DNA of 58,751 nucleotides from a virus (Duplodnaviria > Caudoviricetes): the IMG/VR virus record IMGVR_UViG_3300030104_001141, positions 1 to 58,751 of that record. One strand, given 5' to 3'. The translations under genes and the position numbers were made by a program. This document shows, piece by piece, positions 26,269 to 36,833 of this stretch (position 1 is the stretch's first letter; every line of letters starts with the position of its first letter). Under the pieces are notes generated by a model. The model was not told where the DNA came from. It was given only the letters and a program-made list of their open reading frames with translations, and made no database searches.

Positions 26269-27493
26269 TGATATTTTGTATCACATCATTAAAACTATCT
26301 ACAGAACTAGATATAAGCCCACCTTCTGCTAAACCCATACTTATTAATTGTGCTTCAGTATCTAATATTTCTTTAATAACATCTTTTTTTACAATAGCTC
26401 TTGCTTCGTCTTCAGTTATTTTTAATCTTTCTGCTGTATTTTTTATCCTAGTTATAATAGGAACACTACGCATTGTTGTAGCAATAGTATCTCGTATACT
26501 TGTTTGTTGAAGTCCTGTTTGACGCAAACCTTGTGAAACTGGAGATGATGCTTTTTCACTTGCATATGTTAATAATTTATCTTGATTTAATACTTTAATT
26601 TCTTTTGGTATACCATTTTCAATTACTTCTTTAATGTCATATATAGGTAAATCTTGGTTTACATCTCTTTCTTCTAAAGCATTTGCTAATGTAATTAAGG
26701 TTGGGTCTTTTTTATAATAATCAGATAAAGCTTGTTTATTTTCTCTTTCTATTGCAAGTCTTTCTTCGTCTTGTTCAAACTTACCAGCTTTACCAGCAAG
26801 TTCTTGTTTTCTACCTAGTTCTATAGCTTTTGCTTTAGAAAACTCTAGTTGTTCTTTAGACATTTTATCTTCTGCTTTTCTTAAGTCTTCATTAGTTTTA
26901 CTAATGCTATCAATAACTCCTGATAAATTTTTATTTAATTCTGCTCCTGTAGCAGATGTGCCTACAGCTAATCCAGCTTTAACCAAATCAAGACCACCTC
27001 TAAACCTTCTTTCTTTTTCTAACTTTTCAGGCATGAGTTTATTTCTTTCTTCGTAATACTCTCTCATAGCTTTCATATATTCTGATTCTGATTCATCTTC
27101 TGGAGTAAGAGGGTCATCTTGAATTAAGAAAGACGCATAAGGATTATTTGCAGAATATGGAACTTGCATACCAACATTCATTCTAACAGGCTCTTGTTGC
27201 ATCTGTGGTGGTATCTGTGGCTGTTGAGGTTGCTCTAATAGACTACCAATACCACTACTCATTTGTGCAGGTTGTGATGGAGTCATAGCCATTTCTTCTG
27301 CCATGCTTGGTCTTGGTGGTGTTTTATTATCAGCAGCTTGTCTACCTTCATAGTCTTTACGCATTTTTTCTCTACGCTGTATTTCAGTCATAACTAAATA
27401 CTGTGGAAACATACCACTTGGACTTTGCATTTCTCTTTTTAAAGAATCATCTGGTGCTGATTTTAATTTATCTTGTTGCTCTATTATATTCAT
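26261..27493 (-). CDS. Putative internal virion protein
   Basis: Helical and Q/P-rich; 'PQYLVMTEIQRREKMR'; gene position. Confidence 0.6.
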   Translation of the reverse strand: MNIIEQQDKLKSAPDDSLKREMQSPSGMFPQYLVMTEIQRREKMRKDYEGRQAADNKTPPRPSMAEEMAMTPSQPAQMSSGIGSLLEQPQQPQIPPQMQQEPVRMNVGMQVPYSANNPYASFLIQDDPLTPEDESESEYMKAMREYYEERNKLMPEKLEKERRFRGGLDLVKAGLAVGTSATGAELNKNLSGVIDSISKTNEDLRKAEDKMSKEQLEFSKAKAIELGRKQELAGKAGKFEQDEERLAIERENKQALSDYYKKDPTLITLANALEERDVNQDLPIYDIKEVIENGIPKEIKVLNQDKLLTYASEKASSPVSQGLRQTGLQQTSIRDTIATTMRSVPIITRIKNTAERLKITEDEARAIVKKDVIKEILDTEAQLISMGLAEGGLISSSVDSFNDVIQNING

Positions 27494-27511
27494 GTATTAA
27501 CCTGTTAATAT

Positions 27512-28867
27512 TTAACCTTGTCCTAATGCTTTATATAAACCTAGTCCGCCTAAACCTAATCCTAGTAACTGTTGAGTAGTACCAGCTTGAGGTTGATATG
27601 AAGAAACTTGAGTACCCGGAGTTACAGGTAGCCCTTGTAGTATCTGACTTTGGAAACCAAGTTGTTGTCTCGGATAAGCTAACTGATTTAAGTAATCTTG
27701 ATAACCCATATCTAATGAAGCCTGTTGAAAGTTTCTGCCTATTTCTTGTGCTTCTTGTGCTGACTTTAATCTATCAAAAGCCATTTGTTGTTGCATAGGT
27801 GCTATGTTAGATAACTGTTGTGAAGCTTGTAATCTTTGTGCTTGAGTTTGTTGGTCAGCACCAAGACCTGCTAATCCTAATTGTCTTGCTCTTATTTGAG
27901 CATCTATATCAGCTTGTTGTGCTGCTAATCCTTGTTGTGCACCAAACTGTCTTGAGGCATCTGCTGCTCTTTGAGCTGCTAAAGATTGCTGTGAACCAAA
28001 CTGTCTTGATGCATCAGCTAATTGTTGAGCAGTCATTCCTTGTTGCGAACCAAACTGTCTAGCTCTATCAGACATTTCTTGTGCTGTTAAACCAAACTGT
28101 GCTTCTTGTTGTCTTTGCCTTTCTGCAAACTCATCACCTCTAAATCCAGCAGTTCTATCTCTTTCAAATTGTTCTTGTGCTTGTGTAAAAGCATCTCTAC
28201 GACTTCTAGCTTCTATATCTCCTAATTGTTGTCCAAGATTTCTTTCTCTTTCTGCTTGTAATATAGCTTCTCTATAGCCACCTAAACCACCACTCATAGT
28301 AGCTCGGTCTCCTATACCTTCTGCTTGTATTTCTGATTCCCTTCTAGCTTCTCTTTTTTCTATATCACCAACAAGACTTTGAAATGGATTCATATATTTT
28401 TGTGCTACATCAGCATCAAACTGTTGTGTTTGATAATCTTGTGCTTGATAGCCACTATCAAAATCTGTAGCTTCATATCCTCTATCAAAATTTGTTGGTT
28501 GATAATTAGCATCAAATCCAGTTGAAGTATATTGAGAAGCAACACGATTTGGGTCATATGCAGCTATAGAACCACCTGCACCCGGTTGTCCAAAGCCTAT
28601 ATCTCTTGCTATATCACCAGCTTGATTAAGTTCTTGTGGACCTCTACTTAAACCTAAAGCTGTTTGTCTAGCTAAAGCTGTTTGTGCAGCATCACTTTGT
28701 TCAGCTAATCTTTGACCATCATATGTTCTATATGGTTGTAAAGACTCAGCTTCACTTCTTTTTAATAATCTAGTGAAATACGGCTCTGCGTAATCAGGTA
28801 AATTAGTTTGTGTTACTGTTGATGTTGTTTCTTGTGGAGCTGAACTCCCTCCGCCACCTTTACTCAT
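27512..28867 (-). CDS. Putative internal virion/DNA-pilot protein with internal repeats
   Basis: MSKGGGG start; YMNPF; 18-aa RQFG repeats; C-terminal GLGLGGLG. Confidence 0.65.
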   Translation of the reverse strand: MSKGGGGSSAPQETTSTVTQTNLPDYAEPYFTRLLKRSEAESLQPYRTYDGQRLAEQSDAAQTALARQTALGLSRGPQELNQAGDIARDIGFGQPGAGGSIAAYDPNRVASQYTSTGFDANYQPTNFDRGYEATDFDSGYQAQDYQTQQFDADVAQKYMNPFQSLVGDIEKREARRESEIQAEGIGDRATMSGGLGGYREAILQAERERNLGQQLGDIEARSRRDAFTQAQEQFERDRTAGFRGDEFAERQRQQEAQFGLTAQEMSDRARQFGSQQGMTAQQLADASRQFGSQQSLAAQRAADASRQFGAQQGLAAQQADIDAQIRARQLGLAGLGADQQTQAQRLQASQQLSNIAPMQQQMAFDRLKSAQEAQEIGRNFQQASLDMGYQDYLNQLAYPRQQLGFQSQILQGLPVTPGTQVSSYQPQAGTTQQLLGLGLGGLGLYKALGQG

Positions 28868-29360
28868 TGTTAAACCTCTTTTCAAATACTGTGTATGCTT
28901 TGTCCCAACCAGATTTTCCTAACCATTTCCAGAAACCAAATCTGGCTGTACATTCCATTCCTTCACAATTGTTATCTTTTGCCCATGATTCTGATTTTTC
29001 TAAAAATAACCATGCCCAATCATGTAAATCTTTTCCACCTAAATATTGTACTGCTAATCTTTTTGTATTTGGATAGTGTACAAATTCTGTAGTAGCTACA
29101 CCTACAACTGTATTATCTTCTGTAAATATAACCCATAACTCTTGTCTTTGTTGAATACAAGCTGTTTTAAGTGATTCTAAATTCCATCTACCATTCGACC
29201 TTTTAACTGCTTTTTTAAGATAAGGAGTAACATCTTTCCATAAAGTATGTACATAATTACCCGGTACTAATGTAATTATATAGTTTTGTTCAGGTTTATA
29301 GTTTACTTTATTAATATCTTCTTGATAATTTTCTTTTATTTCTATTACTTTTTGATTCAT
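28860..29360 (-). CDS. GNAT-like protein of the virion module
   Basis: LWV...VGVATTE...YLGG...WAKDNNC..ME..AR.G..KWL. Confidence 0.5.
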   Translation of the reverse strand: MNQKVIEIKENYQEDINKVNYKPEQNYIITLVPGNYVHTLWKDVTPYLKKAVKRSNGRWNLESLKTACIQQRQELWVIFTEDNTVVGVATTEFVHYPNTKRLAVQYLGGKDLHDWAWLFLEKSESWAKDNNCEGMECTARFGFWKWLGKSGWDKAYTVFEKRFNNE

Positions 29361-31759
29361 CTTGGTAGAAGTCCTCCAGCATTTGATAGTTGTGGTGCTT
29401 GTTTAGTTGTTCCTGTTCTTTCTTTTCTAACTCTATCTAGCATTCCATCAAGTTCTTCTGCTCCGGAATCTGATGAACCATCTCCTAAGCCTGATACTAC
29501 ATCAGCAGGTACTATGTATTCTCCCGGTGATACAGCTACAGGTCTTTGATTTCCTATCATTCCCATAACCTCATCATCCATTCCACTACCTTCACCTTCT
29601 ATCATTCCTTGAGTTTGTGCATTTCCTTGTGGATTTAAAATCATTTCTCTTACTTGCATAAATATTTCATTACCATATTTTTCAATAAACATATTTATTA
29701 CTGCATCTTGATTAGGAGATTGACCCATAATAGCTTGTGCTACTTGTTGTATTTCTTCATTACTAGGAGTTAATCCACCCATTTGTAATTCAAATCCCAT
29801 TTGTCTAACAGCTTCTTTACCTTTTTCTGTTTGAGCTAAAGCTTCAAGCCCTTCATTAGGTAATTGTTTTCCTTCAGACATACGCATAGGCATTCTTTGT
29901 CTATTTACATTTAATTCTTCTGGTCTATTTATAGATGCTAAACCTAAATCATTTCTTAAAGTTAATGGCATTGGAGGCACTATAGGCATAGACTCTTGCA
30001 TTACTGGTGGCATCATTAAATCTTCTAAAGGTGGTCTTTGTAAAACTCCCCTTCCTTCATCATAAGCCTTTCTAAGGCTTTCACCAGTTAAATCTACTCC
30101 ACCTAAAATACCTTCACCTTGTTTTGTTTTGTCAGGATTTTGTGCAATAAATTTTTTAAAATTATCAAATGTTCTGGCTCCTCCTATACCTGAGTTTTGA
30201 GTTGGTGGAGGTGTGGGTATAACAGGAGGCATCATTAATTCTTCTGGTCTAAAGAAATCTTCTGAACGCCTAATACCGGGACCAAAACCTCTATCTTCTA
30301 AAGGTATTTCGTCAAATCTTTTACCTAAAAAACCTCCGCCTTGTCTTACTATGTCTGGGTTTTGTTCAATCGCATCCCTAATCTTAAACATAAAACTACC
30401 TCCTCTTGAGTCTTGAGTTAGTGGTTCTGATAACGATACAGGTACAGGAACAGGTACAGAATTTGGTATTGTTGTATTTGATATATTATTCAATATACTT
30501 TCTTTTGGTAAAAAACTATTTTGTGTTACTCCCATAGGAAAATTAATAGGATTTATAAATCTATCATAATCAAAAGGTATATTATCAATATCAAATCTAT
30601 CATAATCAAATCTATCAAAAGGTATATAACCAGCACCGCCTCCGGGTCCGCCACCATAGCCACCTCCACCGTAGCCACCTCCACCAATACCATCAAGATA
30701 ATCACCTAAATATGTAGCAGGTGTATTAGACCTTGGAAAATAATTAAACTCAGGGTCTATACCAGCTCTATAATTACTTGCTGGAACAAATTGTCCTGTT
30801 GGCATTTCTGTACCTGTAAGTTCATTAACCTGCATTTTTTCATAAGCTTGTCTAACAGGTTCTTTAGATTCTCTAGGTTTGTATTTATAATCTTGTAATC
30901 CTGCCATAGCTGATTCAAAACTATTATCTGGTATTACATTTCTTGGTAGACGAGGAGGTAACTTACGAGGAGGTATTTTTGGAACTTCATCCATTATTGT
31001 AACACCACCAATCGGACCACCTTCAGCTAAAGACATTATTCCACCTGATGCTCCATAGTATCTTGAACTCATAGGTATATTTTCAGGGTTATCTGCATAC
31101 ATTTTTTCTCTAGCTTTTTTTCTATCTAATTCCATTTGTGCCATTTGTCTTTCAAAATTTTCTTGTGCTTCTATTACACCTTTTTGACCTTCACCCATAG
31201 CTATTGGTAAATAAGAACTAGGTTTTGCTAGTTGCGATGCAAATGTTGAAACTCCTTCGCCAAGTGTTTGTGTTGCAGCAGCTTCAGCAGCAGCTTGTGC
31301 AGGAGCTACAGCAGCTTCAGCAGCTAATGCTTGTTTAACACCTTCTCCTGTAACTAAATTAGCAGCAGCACCTGTTTCTCCTGCTGTTGTTAATGCTTCA
31401 GCAGCTCTACCTTCTGCTCCAAAACCAGCAGCACCAAGAGCTTTACCTAAACCAAATCCTGTTATACCTGACATAATGCCTTGTTTTAAATCTCCTGATT
31501 GTATAGCAGTAGCTATACCAGAACCTATTGCTCCTGCAACTGGTGCAGATAAACCAGTAAATAAAGCAGTACCTGCCATACTACCTAATAGTGGTGCTAA
31601 AAAAGGTAAGAATGCTTCTGGCTGACCTGTCTGTGGATTTTGTGTTAAAGGCATAATAGATGCTAACCCTTGCACTTCTGCTGGATTAACATGCATAAGC
31701 ATAGTATCGCCATAACGACCTTGTGATGCCACATTATTAGTTTGTTGTTTTATATCCAT
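29357..31759 (-). CDS. Putative internal virion protein
   Basis: GRYGDTMLMHVNPAE N-terminus; G.GSGMDD...SPGEYIVPADVVS C-terminus; low-complexity middle. Confidence 0.65.
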   Translation of the reverse strand: MDIKQQTNNVASQGRYGDTMLMHVNPAEVQGLASIMPLTQNPQTGQPEAFLPFLAPLLGSMAGTALFTGLSAPVAGAIGSGIATAIQSGDLKQGIMSGITGFGLGKALGAAGFGAEGRAAEALTTAGETGAAANLVTGEGVKQALAAEAAVAPAQAAAEAAATQTLGEGVSTFASQLAKPSSYLPIAMGEGQKGVIEAQENFERQMAQMELDRKKAREKMYADNPENIPMSSRYYGASGGIMSLAEGGPIGGVTIMDEVPKIPPRKLPPRLPRNVIPDNSFESAMAGLQDYKYKPRESKEPVRQAYEKMQVNELTGTEMPTGQFVPASNYRAGIDPEFNYFPRSNTPATYLGDYLDGIGGGGYGGGGYGGGPGGGAGYIPFDRFDYDRFDIDNIPFDYDRFINPINFPMGVTQNSFLPKESILNNISNTTIPNSVPVPVPVSLSEPLTQDSRGGSFMFKIRDAIEQNPDIVRQGGGFLGKRFDEIPLEDRGFGPGIRRSEDFFRPEELMMPPVIPTPPPTQNSGIGGARTFDNFKKFIAQNPDKTKQGEGILGGVDLTGESLRKAYDEGRGVLQRPPLEDLMMPPVMQESMPIVPPMPLTLRNDLGLASINRPEELNVNRQRMPMRMSEGKQLPNEGLEALAQTEKGKEAVRQMGFELQMGGLTPSNEEIQQVAQAIMGQSPNQDAVINMFIEKYGNEIFMQVREMILNPQGNAQTQGMIEGEGSGMDDEVMGMIGNQRPVAVSPGEYIVPADVVSGLGDGSSDSGAEELDGMLDRVRKERTGTTKQAPQLSNAGGLLPR

Positions 31760-32098
31760 CTATCTTTCCTCGGTTGTTTCGCAACCAAATATATTGAAAC
31801 TCATATCTACTGCACTTGTATATACTTTAATAACATCTGTTTGATTTAATGTTATACCAATTACTATGGTTAATGAATCATTTGCTGCTACTGATTTATC
31901 GTAATACAAATATTGTTTATCATCAGCAGTTGCTCCAGCAACATGAACACTTAATCTAAATGTTATTGCAGAACCTGTTCTATTTGCAGCTACTATTGAA
32001 CTTACTGTTGTTTGAGATTTATCTGGTACAGTATAAAGTACTGTAGTAGTAGTAGCTGCTGGGTCAACTTGTCCTAATACTTTTAAACTATCAGCCAC
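31760..32098 (-). CDS. Virion structural protein
   Basis: Beta-rich, T/A-rich; located in the tail module. Confidence 0.6.
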   Translation of the reverse strand: MADSLKVLGQVDPAATTTTVLYTVPDKSQTTVSSIVAANRTGSAITFRLSVHVAGATADDKQYLYYDKSVAANDSLTIVIGITLNQTDVIKVYTSAVDMSFNIFGCETTEER

Positions 32099-32294
32099 CT
32101 GTAACTCCCATTAATAAAAATTGATGTCTTCTCATAGCTTTGCTACTAATAGGATTTTGCATTTTTTTTGATGCACCTATTTCTTGATGTATGTCTTGTA
32201 TTCCTTGCTCAATAGTTCTTCTTAAAAGAAATTGGTCTTGTTGTTGATAATCTAAAGTTGGTAGTGGTAAAGGTATTGTTGTTTTTTCTGCCAT
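32091..32294 (-). CDS. Hypothetical protein
   Basis: Overlaps both neighbouring genes. Confidence 0.6.
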   Translation of the reverse strand: MAEKTTIPLPLPTLDYQQQDQFLLRRTIEQGIQDIHQEIGASKKMQNPISSKAMRRHQFLLMGVTGG

Positions 32295-34138
32295 TATCTT
32301 CTTCCATCTGGTTTAATATCTAGTCTTAAATCACCAAGTCTCCAACCATAATCATTTGATGAATTAGATACTCTAATAGCACATTGTCTGCTTCTAGCTC
32401 TTGTGTTTGTAAATGTTGAAGCTGGTGTAACTGATACAGTAGATAAAGTAGATAAATCTTCTAATGGATAATTTCTACCTTTAATTGTAATAGTTACATC
32501 ATCTGATGTACTTTGTTGGTCTCTAAAAGTTAAGTCAGGTATTATTTTAGAAACAAACATATATCTTTCACCATCAGGGTCTAAATCAAAATCACTTGAT
32601 TCTATAAATGCAGTAAAGTTTTCACCATCAGAACTATGACCTACTTCGTGATTATATAAATAATTTATATTAGTATTATCATCTTTACTTGCTGCTACAG
32701 GAAAAACTCTTGTTGGTGCATCATTCCATGCTGTTCTAGTAAAGTTATCTGTTGTTGTTCCTATAGACCATGTTTGTTCTAAATAATTATATATAACATA
32801 TCTATTTATTTCTGTACTATCTTTAGATGGATAAAACCACATTACTTCATTATGTTCAGGATTACTTGTTCCAAATATTTTAAATAGTTGTTCTGTATTA
32901 ATATCACTAAATATATAATCTAATACTGTACATGGCAATCTTTGAGCACTTCCTGAATAAGTATAAAAAGAACCTCTATCCATAAAGAATACTTGTCCAT
33001 TTGCATTAATAGCAGCATTAGGAGATATCATTGACATTCCTGTTGCTACTTCATTAAAACTAAATATAAATGGCTGACCAACAAAACGCATAGATACTAT
33101 ACCTGCATCAGTCCATATAAGTATTTCTTGTCTTGTTCTTAAAGCTCCAATAATAGTAGAACCTAAAGATAATTGAACACCACCTGCTGAGTTTGTTGAA
33201 GAAGGTGTCCAGTCTATAATACTTTCAGCATCTGAAAATCTAACTAATAAAGGATTTAGTGTACTAGAACCTATAGCATTACAACCAAAAGCTATAACAT
33301 GCCTATCAATATCTGACATCATTATTTGTAAAACTTTAGTTGGAACATTACTTGCATCAGTTAAGCTTGTAGCATTTACTGCTCTTGTAGTAACTCCTGA
33401 AGATTCATCCCAATAATAAATTCCACCTAGTCTAATAGCAGCTATTGTATCATCACCAAAATTATCTATAGACCAAAGTCTTAATTGATTAGTTGATGTT
33501 ATACCTGCTGCTGCTCCCCAAGTGCTTGAACCCCAAGTTCCTACACCCCAACCTGTTGAACGAACATAAACATCAAGACCTGAATTTATTTGATACACAG
33601 CATCTGCTCCTGAACCACCATTACCTGTATCACTACCATTAGCTGTAGCTGATGCTTCAAATGTAAATGTATCTGTTGTTATTGATGTAATTTGATGCTC
33701 TGTATTTAATACACTATCAGTAATATTTCCACCTAAACTTACAGCTCCTGATATTGTTACAAAATCTCCTACAACAGCTCCATGTGCATCATCTGTAGCT
33801 GTTATAGTTGTACTTCCATTAGTAGCAGCAAAAACTATACCATTAGTTGTTGTTGCTCTAATAGGTGTTATATCATTAAAATCATCACCTTCTAAAACAT
33901 AAAGTTTTTGATGTGTTCCTAATATTGCATAGTCTGTTTGTTCTGCACTTCTATAAACATAAATTTTTCTACAAGTTCCTATAAAACTTTGATTTGTATA
34001 TTTAGACCAACCACCTATTTTTTCTGGTCTACCTTTTCTAAATCTAATTTTATCTGCATCAAACCAACCACCTTCATTACTGTAATCACTTCCTTCTTTA
34101 TTTATTCCGGGTTGAAATTCAAATTTTCTTAATGTCAT
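32294..34138 (-). CDS. Tail hub/nozzle (tail tubular B or P22 gp10-like)
   Basis: Beta-propeller-like; VRFSD.E...W; EVMWFYP...YVIYNY; C-terminal WRLG.LRLD. Confidence 0.7.
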   Translation of the reverse strand: MTLRKFEFQPGINKEGSDYSNEGGWFDADKIRFRKGRPEKIGGWSKYTNQSFIGTCRKIYVYRSAEQTDYAILGTHQKLYVLEGDDFNDITPIRATTTNGIVFAATNGSTTITATDDAHGAVVGDFVTISGAVSLGGNITDSVLNTEHQITSITTDTFTFEASATANGSDTGNGGSGADAVYQINSGLDVYVRSTGWGVGTWGSSTWGAAAGITSTNQLRLWSIDNFGDDTIAAIRLGGIYYWDESSGVTTRAVNATSLTDASNVPTKVLQIMMSDIDRHVIAFGCNAIGSSTLNPLLVRFSDAESIIDWTPSSTNSAGGVQLSLGSTIIGALRTRQEILIWTDAGIVSMRFVGQPFIFSFNEVATGMSMISPNAAINANGQVFFMDRGSFYTYSGSAQRLPCTVLDYIFSDINTEQLFKIFGTSNPEHNEVMWFYPSKDSTEINRYVIYNYLEQTWSIGTTTDNFTRTAWNDAPTRVFPVAASKDDNTNINYLYNHEVGHSSDGENFTAFIESSDFDLDPDGERYMFVSKIIPDLTFRDQQSTSDDVTITIKGRNYPLEDLSTLSTVSVTPASTFTNTRARSRQCAIRVSNSSNDYGWRLGDLRLDIKPDGRR

Positions 34139-34140
34139 TA

Positions 34141-34584
34141 TTAAACCTCATGCCATTCTTTGCCTTCAAATAGCAAAGCTTCTGCTTCTCGTCTTCTTAT
34201 TAAGCCTTCTAAAACTTTGCCACCTGCTTTGTTCCAGCGTTTAATTTGACTGGGTATTAAATGATAATCTCCTGCATTTAAAAACTTTAACATAGTGGAT
34301 GCTTTTAAATTAGCTGGTCCTAAATTAAATACCCAACTTACTAAAGAATCAAATTGATTTTGTTCTAATTTTACTTTAACTAAATCATTTACATAGCCTT
34401 CATATTCTTCCATTTCATGCAATAACAATTTATCAGCTTCTTCTTGGGTAATAGTATCACCCTCTTTTACACCTTTGGTTGAGCCATATCCTATTGTTAA
34501 AACATTAGCTGCACATTTGTAAGCTTCTAACTCACAACCTTCAAACTTTTTAATTAAAGACAATCCCTCTTGTGATATCTTCAT
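34141..34584 (-). CDS. Endolysin, GH24 lysozyme
   Basis: IKKFEGCELEAYKC....TIGYG; QNQFDSLVSWVFNLG; GLIRRREAE. Confidence 0.92.
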   Translation of the reverse strand: MKISQEGLSLIKKFEGCELEAYKCAANVLTIGYGSTKGVKEGDTITQEEADKLLLHEMEEYEGYVNDLVKVKLEQNQFDSLVSWVFNLGPANLKASTMLKFLNAGDYHLIPSQIKRWNKAGGKVLEGLIRRREAEALLFEGKEWHEV

Positions 34585-34585
34585 A

Positions 34586-35065
34586 TTACTCTCCTTTATC
34601 GTTGGTGTGAGATGCTCCAAAATAGAACGAAATAATCGCACTTGCTAATCCTCCAAGATAACCAAGCACTAAATTAATTAATGCTTCGCTGTTTTGTTCT
34701 GGTGGTTGTAATGTTACTAAAAATATATAACCAAGAAAACCGCCTATGGTTACTAAACCAATAATACGAGCAGTCCAATCTTTACTAAACATACCTCTAG
34801 CATGTTGTTTATCTGCTACTTCCAGCTTAAATACATCTACATCAAGTTCTTTCATTTGTACTTCAAACTCTTGTTCTGCTTTCTTTAGCTCCATCATTTG
34901 TTCTGGAGTGGCATTTTGTATTGCTTGTTGTACAGATTTTTGGTCATTAGAAACACCTAAAACTTCTGCTATTTTACCCATAGCCATATTACCAAGAGGT
35001 CCACCCATTGCTGAACCTATTGTAGGTGCTACTGCTCCTACTATATTTTTTAATATTGCTTTCAT
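34586..35065 (-). CDS. Holin-like membrane protein
   Basis: TM helices ending in 'IISFYFGAS'; adjacent to the lysozyme gene. Confidence 0.7.
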   Translation of the reverse strand: MKAILKNIVGAVAPTIGSAMGGPLGNMAMGKIAEVLGVSNDQKSVQQAIQNATPEQMMELKKAEQEFEVQMKELDVDVFKLEVADKQHARGMFSKDWTARIIGLVTIGGFLGYIFLVTLQPPEQNSEALINLVLGYLGGLASAIISFYFGASHTNDKGE

Positions 35066-35078
35066 AAAACTCCTAAAA

Positions 35079-36833
35079 TTAATTTATTGTATATATTTGT
35101 ATAGGTTTTTCTTTGCCTTTTACATATATGCTTTCTAATTCTTTTAATATTATTTCAGAATTAAAGTTTTTTGCGTTAATTGTATTATATCCAATAACAA
35201 TATCTTCACCAACTTCCTTAGTAGAGCTTTCTAATCTAGCAGCAAGATTAACAGCATCGCCTATAGCTGTATAATCAAACCTTGTTTTGCTTCCCATATT
35301 ACCAATAACAGCATAACCAGTATTAACACCTACTCCTATTTCTACATCAATATTAGCTTGTTTAATTTTTTCTTGTATTTCTTTAGCACATAATACTGCG
35401 GCAGTTTCATGGTCTGGTAAATCTATAGGTGCATTAAATATTGCCATCATTGCATCGCCTATATATTTATCTACCATTCCTTGATATTTTTTTACTGCAT
35501 CTGCTTGTATTGTTAAAGCTTTATTCATAATTTTAGTTACTTCTTCTGGTTCAAGCTTTTCAGACATAGCAGTAAAACCTCTTACATCTGTAAATAAAAA
35601 TGTACAGTATCTTCTTTCACCACCTAATACTAATGAATCTGGATTATCTTGTAATTTTTTAACTTGTCTAGGGTCAAGATAATGTTCAAATTGTTTTTTA
35701 ATCTGTTGTCTTAATTTATATTGTTCTCTAAATCTAAGATAAAAAGCTATTGAGCCAGTTATAAATTCAGATATTAAAGTCCATGTAACATCTATTAATA
35801 TTCCTTTTTGTATAAAATAATATCCTGTACTTGCTGTTATAAACATAGTAATTAAACTTAATGTTATTCCCCATGTAATTCCAAAATAAAATAATATATA
35901 CCAAACTAAAGAAACACCTAATACAAATATTAACAAGTTAATACTTATTGCCCAATCAGGTATGTAAGGACTATCTTGTATTAAAATTGATTCTGCAAGT
36001 GCTGCTTGTATTTTATGTGGTTCTAATAAACCAACTGGAGTTGCAATCTGTGGCATAACTCCGTTAGCTGTTACACCTACGAATACAAACTTACCGTTTA
36101 CATTCATTTCTTGTAAATTAGTTTCTTCTGTTTTTACCCAGCTTATCCACTTACGACCAAGACTATCTGTTTTAACTGGTGGTATTCCTCTTATTGATAT
36201 TTCTGATATACCATTATCATTAGTTTTTATAATGTAAGTTTTAACATTAAACAAAGCTTTATATATTTGTGTGCCAAAACTAGGAATCCAATTATCATCA
36301 GGTGTTTTAACTAAAAGAGGTATTCTTCTTACAAGTTGGTCAACTTCTGTGGGAGCAATAGCTAAACCAGATAGCGTTTTATTTGCTAAAAGAGGATGGT
36401 TTTGTTTTACTCCCGAACTAAGTATACCACCATTATTTTCTCCAAGTACAACAGTTCCAGATGTAGAAGGATAAACACCTTTACCATCTTCAAACATAGC
36501 AATTACAGATGGTGCATATTCTAGTGCTTCAGCAAATACTTCATCACCACCCATTCTATCTGCTTGTGGAAAACTAATAACCCAACCAATACCAATAGCT
36601 CCTTTGTTTAGTAAGTCAATTTGTATTTCTGCAAGTCTTTGTCTAGGTAATGGATAACCACCTTCACGCTCTACATCTTCTTCAGTAATATTGAGTATGA
36701 CAAAGTTACCAGACTCTTGAGGTGTTTGTATAAAGGTATCAAATACTTTTAACTTAAGTATTTCTGTAGGTGTTGATTGATATACTAATGGCAATACAAG
36801 TATTATAAGTATTATGAATATTAACTTTTTCAT
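35079..36833 (-). CDS. CHASE2-domain class III adenylate cyclase
   Basis: N-terminal TM, extracytoplasmic domain (YPLPRQ; DQLVRRIPL), 3 TMs; FTDVRGFT, DKYIGDA, DYTAIGDAVNLAARLE. Confidence 0.9.
   Translation of the reverse strand: MKKLIFIILIILVLPLVYQSTPTEILKLKVFDTFIQTPQESGNFVILNITEEDVEREGGYPLPRQRLAEIQIDLLNKGAIGIGWVISFPQADRMGGDEVFAEALEYAPSVIAMFEDGKGVYPSTSGTVVLGENNGGILSSGVKQNHPLLANKTLSGLAIAPTEVDQLVRRIPLLVKTPDDNWIPSFGTQIYKALFNVKTYIIKTNDNGISEISIRGIPPVKTDSLGRKWISWVKTEETNLQEMNVNGKFVFVGVTANGVMPQIATPVGLLEPHKIQAALAESILIQDSPYIPDWAISINLLIFVLGVSLVWYILFYFGITWGITLSLITMFITASTGYYFIQKGILIDVTWTLISEFITGSIAFYLRFREQYKLRQQIKKQFEHYLDPRQVKKLQDNPDSLVLGGERRYCTFLFTDVRGFTAMSEKLEPEEVTKIMNKALTIQADAVKKYQGMVDKYIGDAMMAIFNAPIDLPDHETAAVLCAKEIQEKIKQANIDVEIGVGVNTGYAVIGNMGSKTRFDYTAIGDAVNLAARLESSTKEVGEDIVIGYNTINAKNFNSEIILKELESIYVKGKEKPIQIYTIN

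Noticed and set aside
27930-28560. Nucleotide repeats in the 27512-28867 gene as a DGR or array
   Set aside because: In-frame coding repeats (RQFG and FD..YQ units); no reverse transcriptase or TR/VR adenine pattern.
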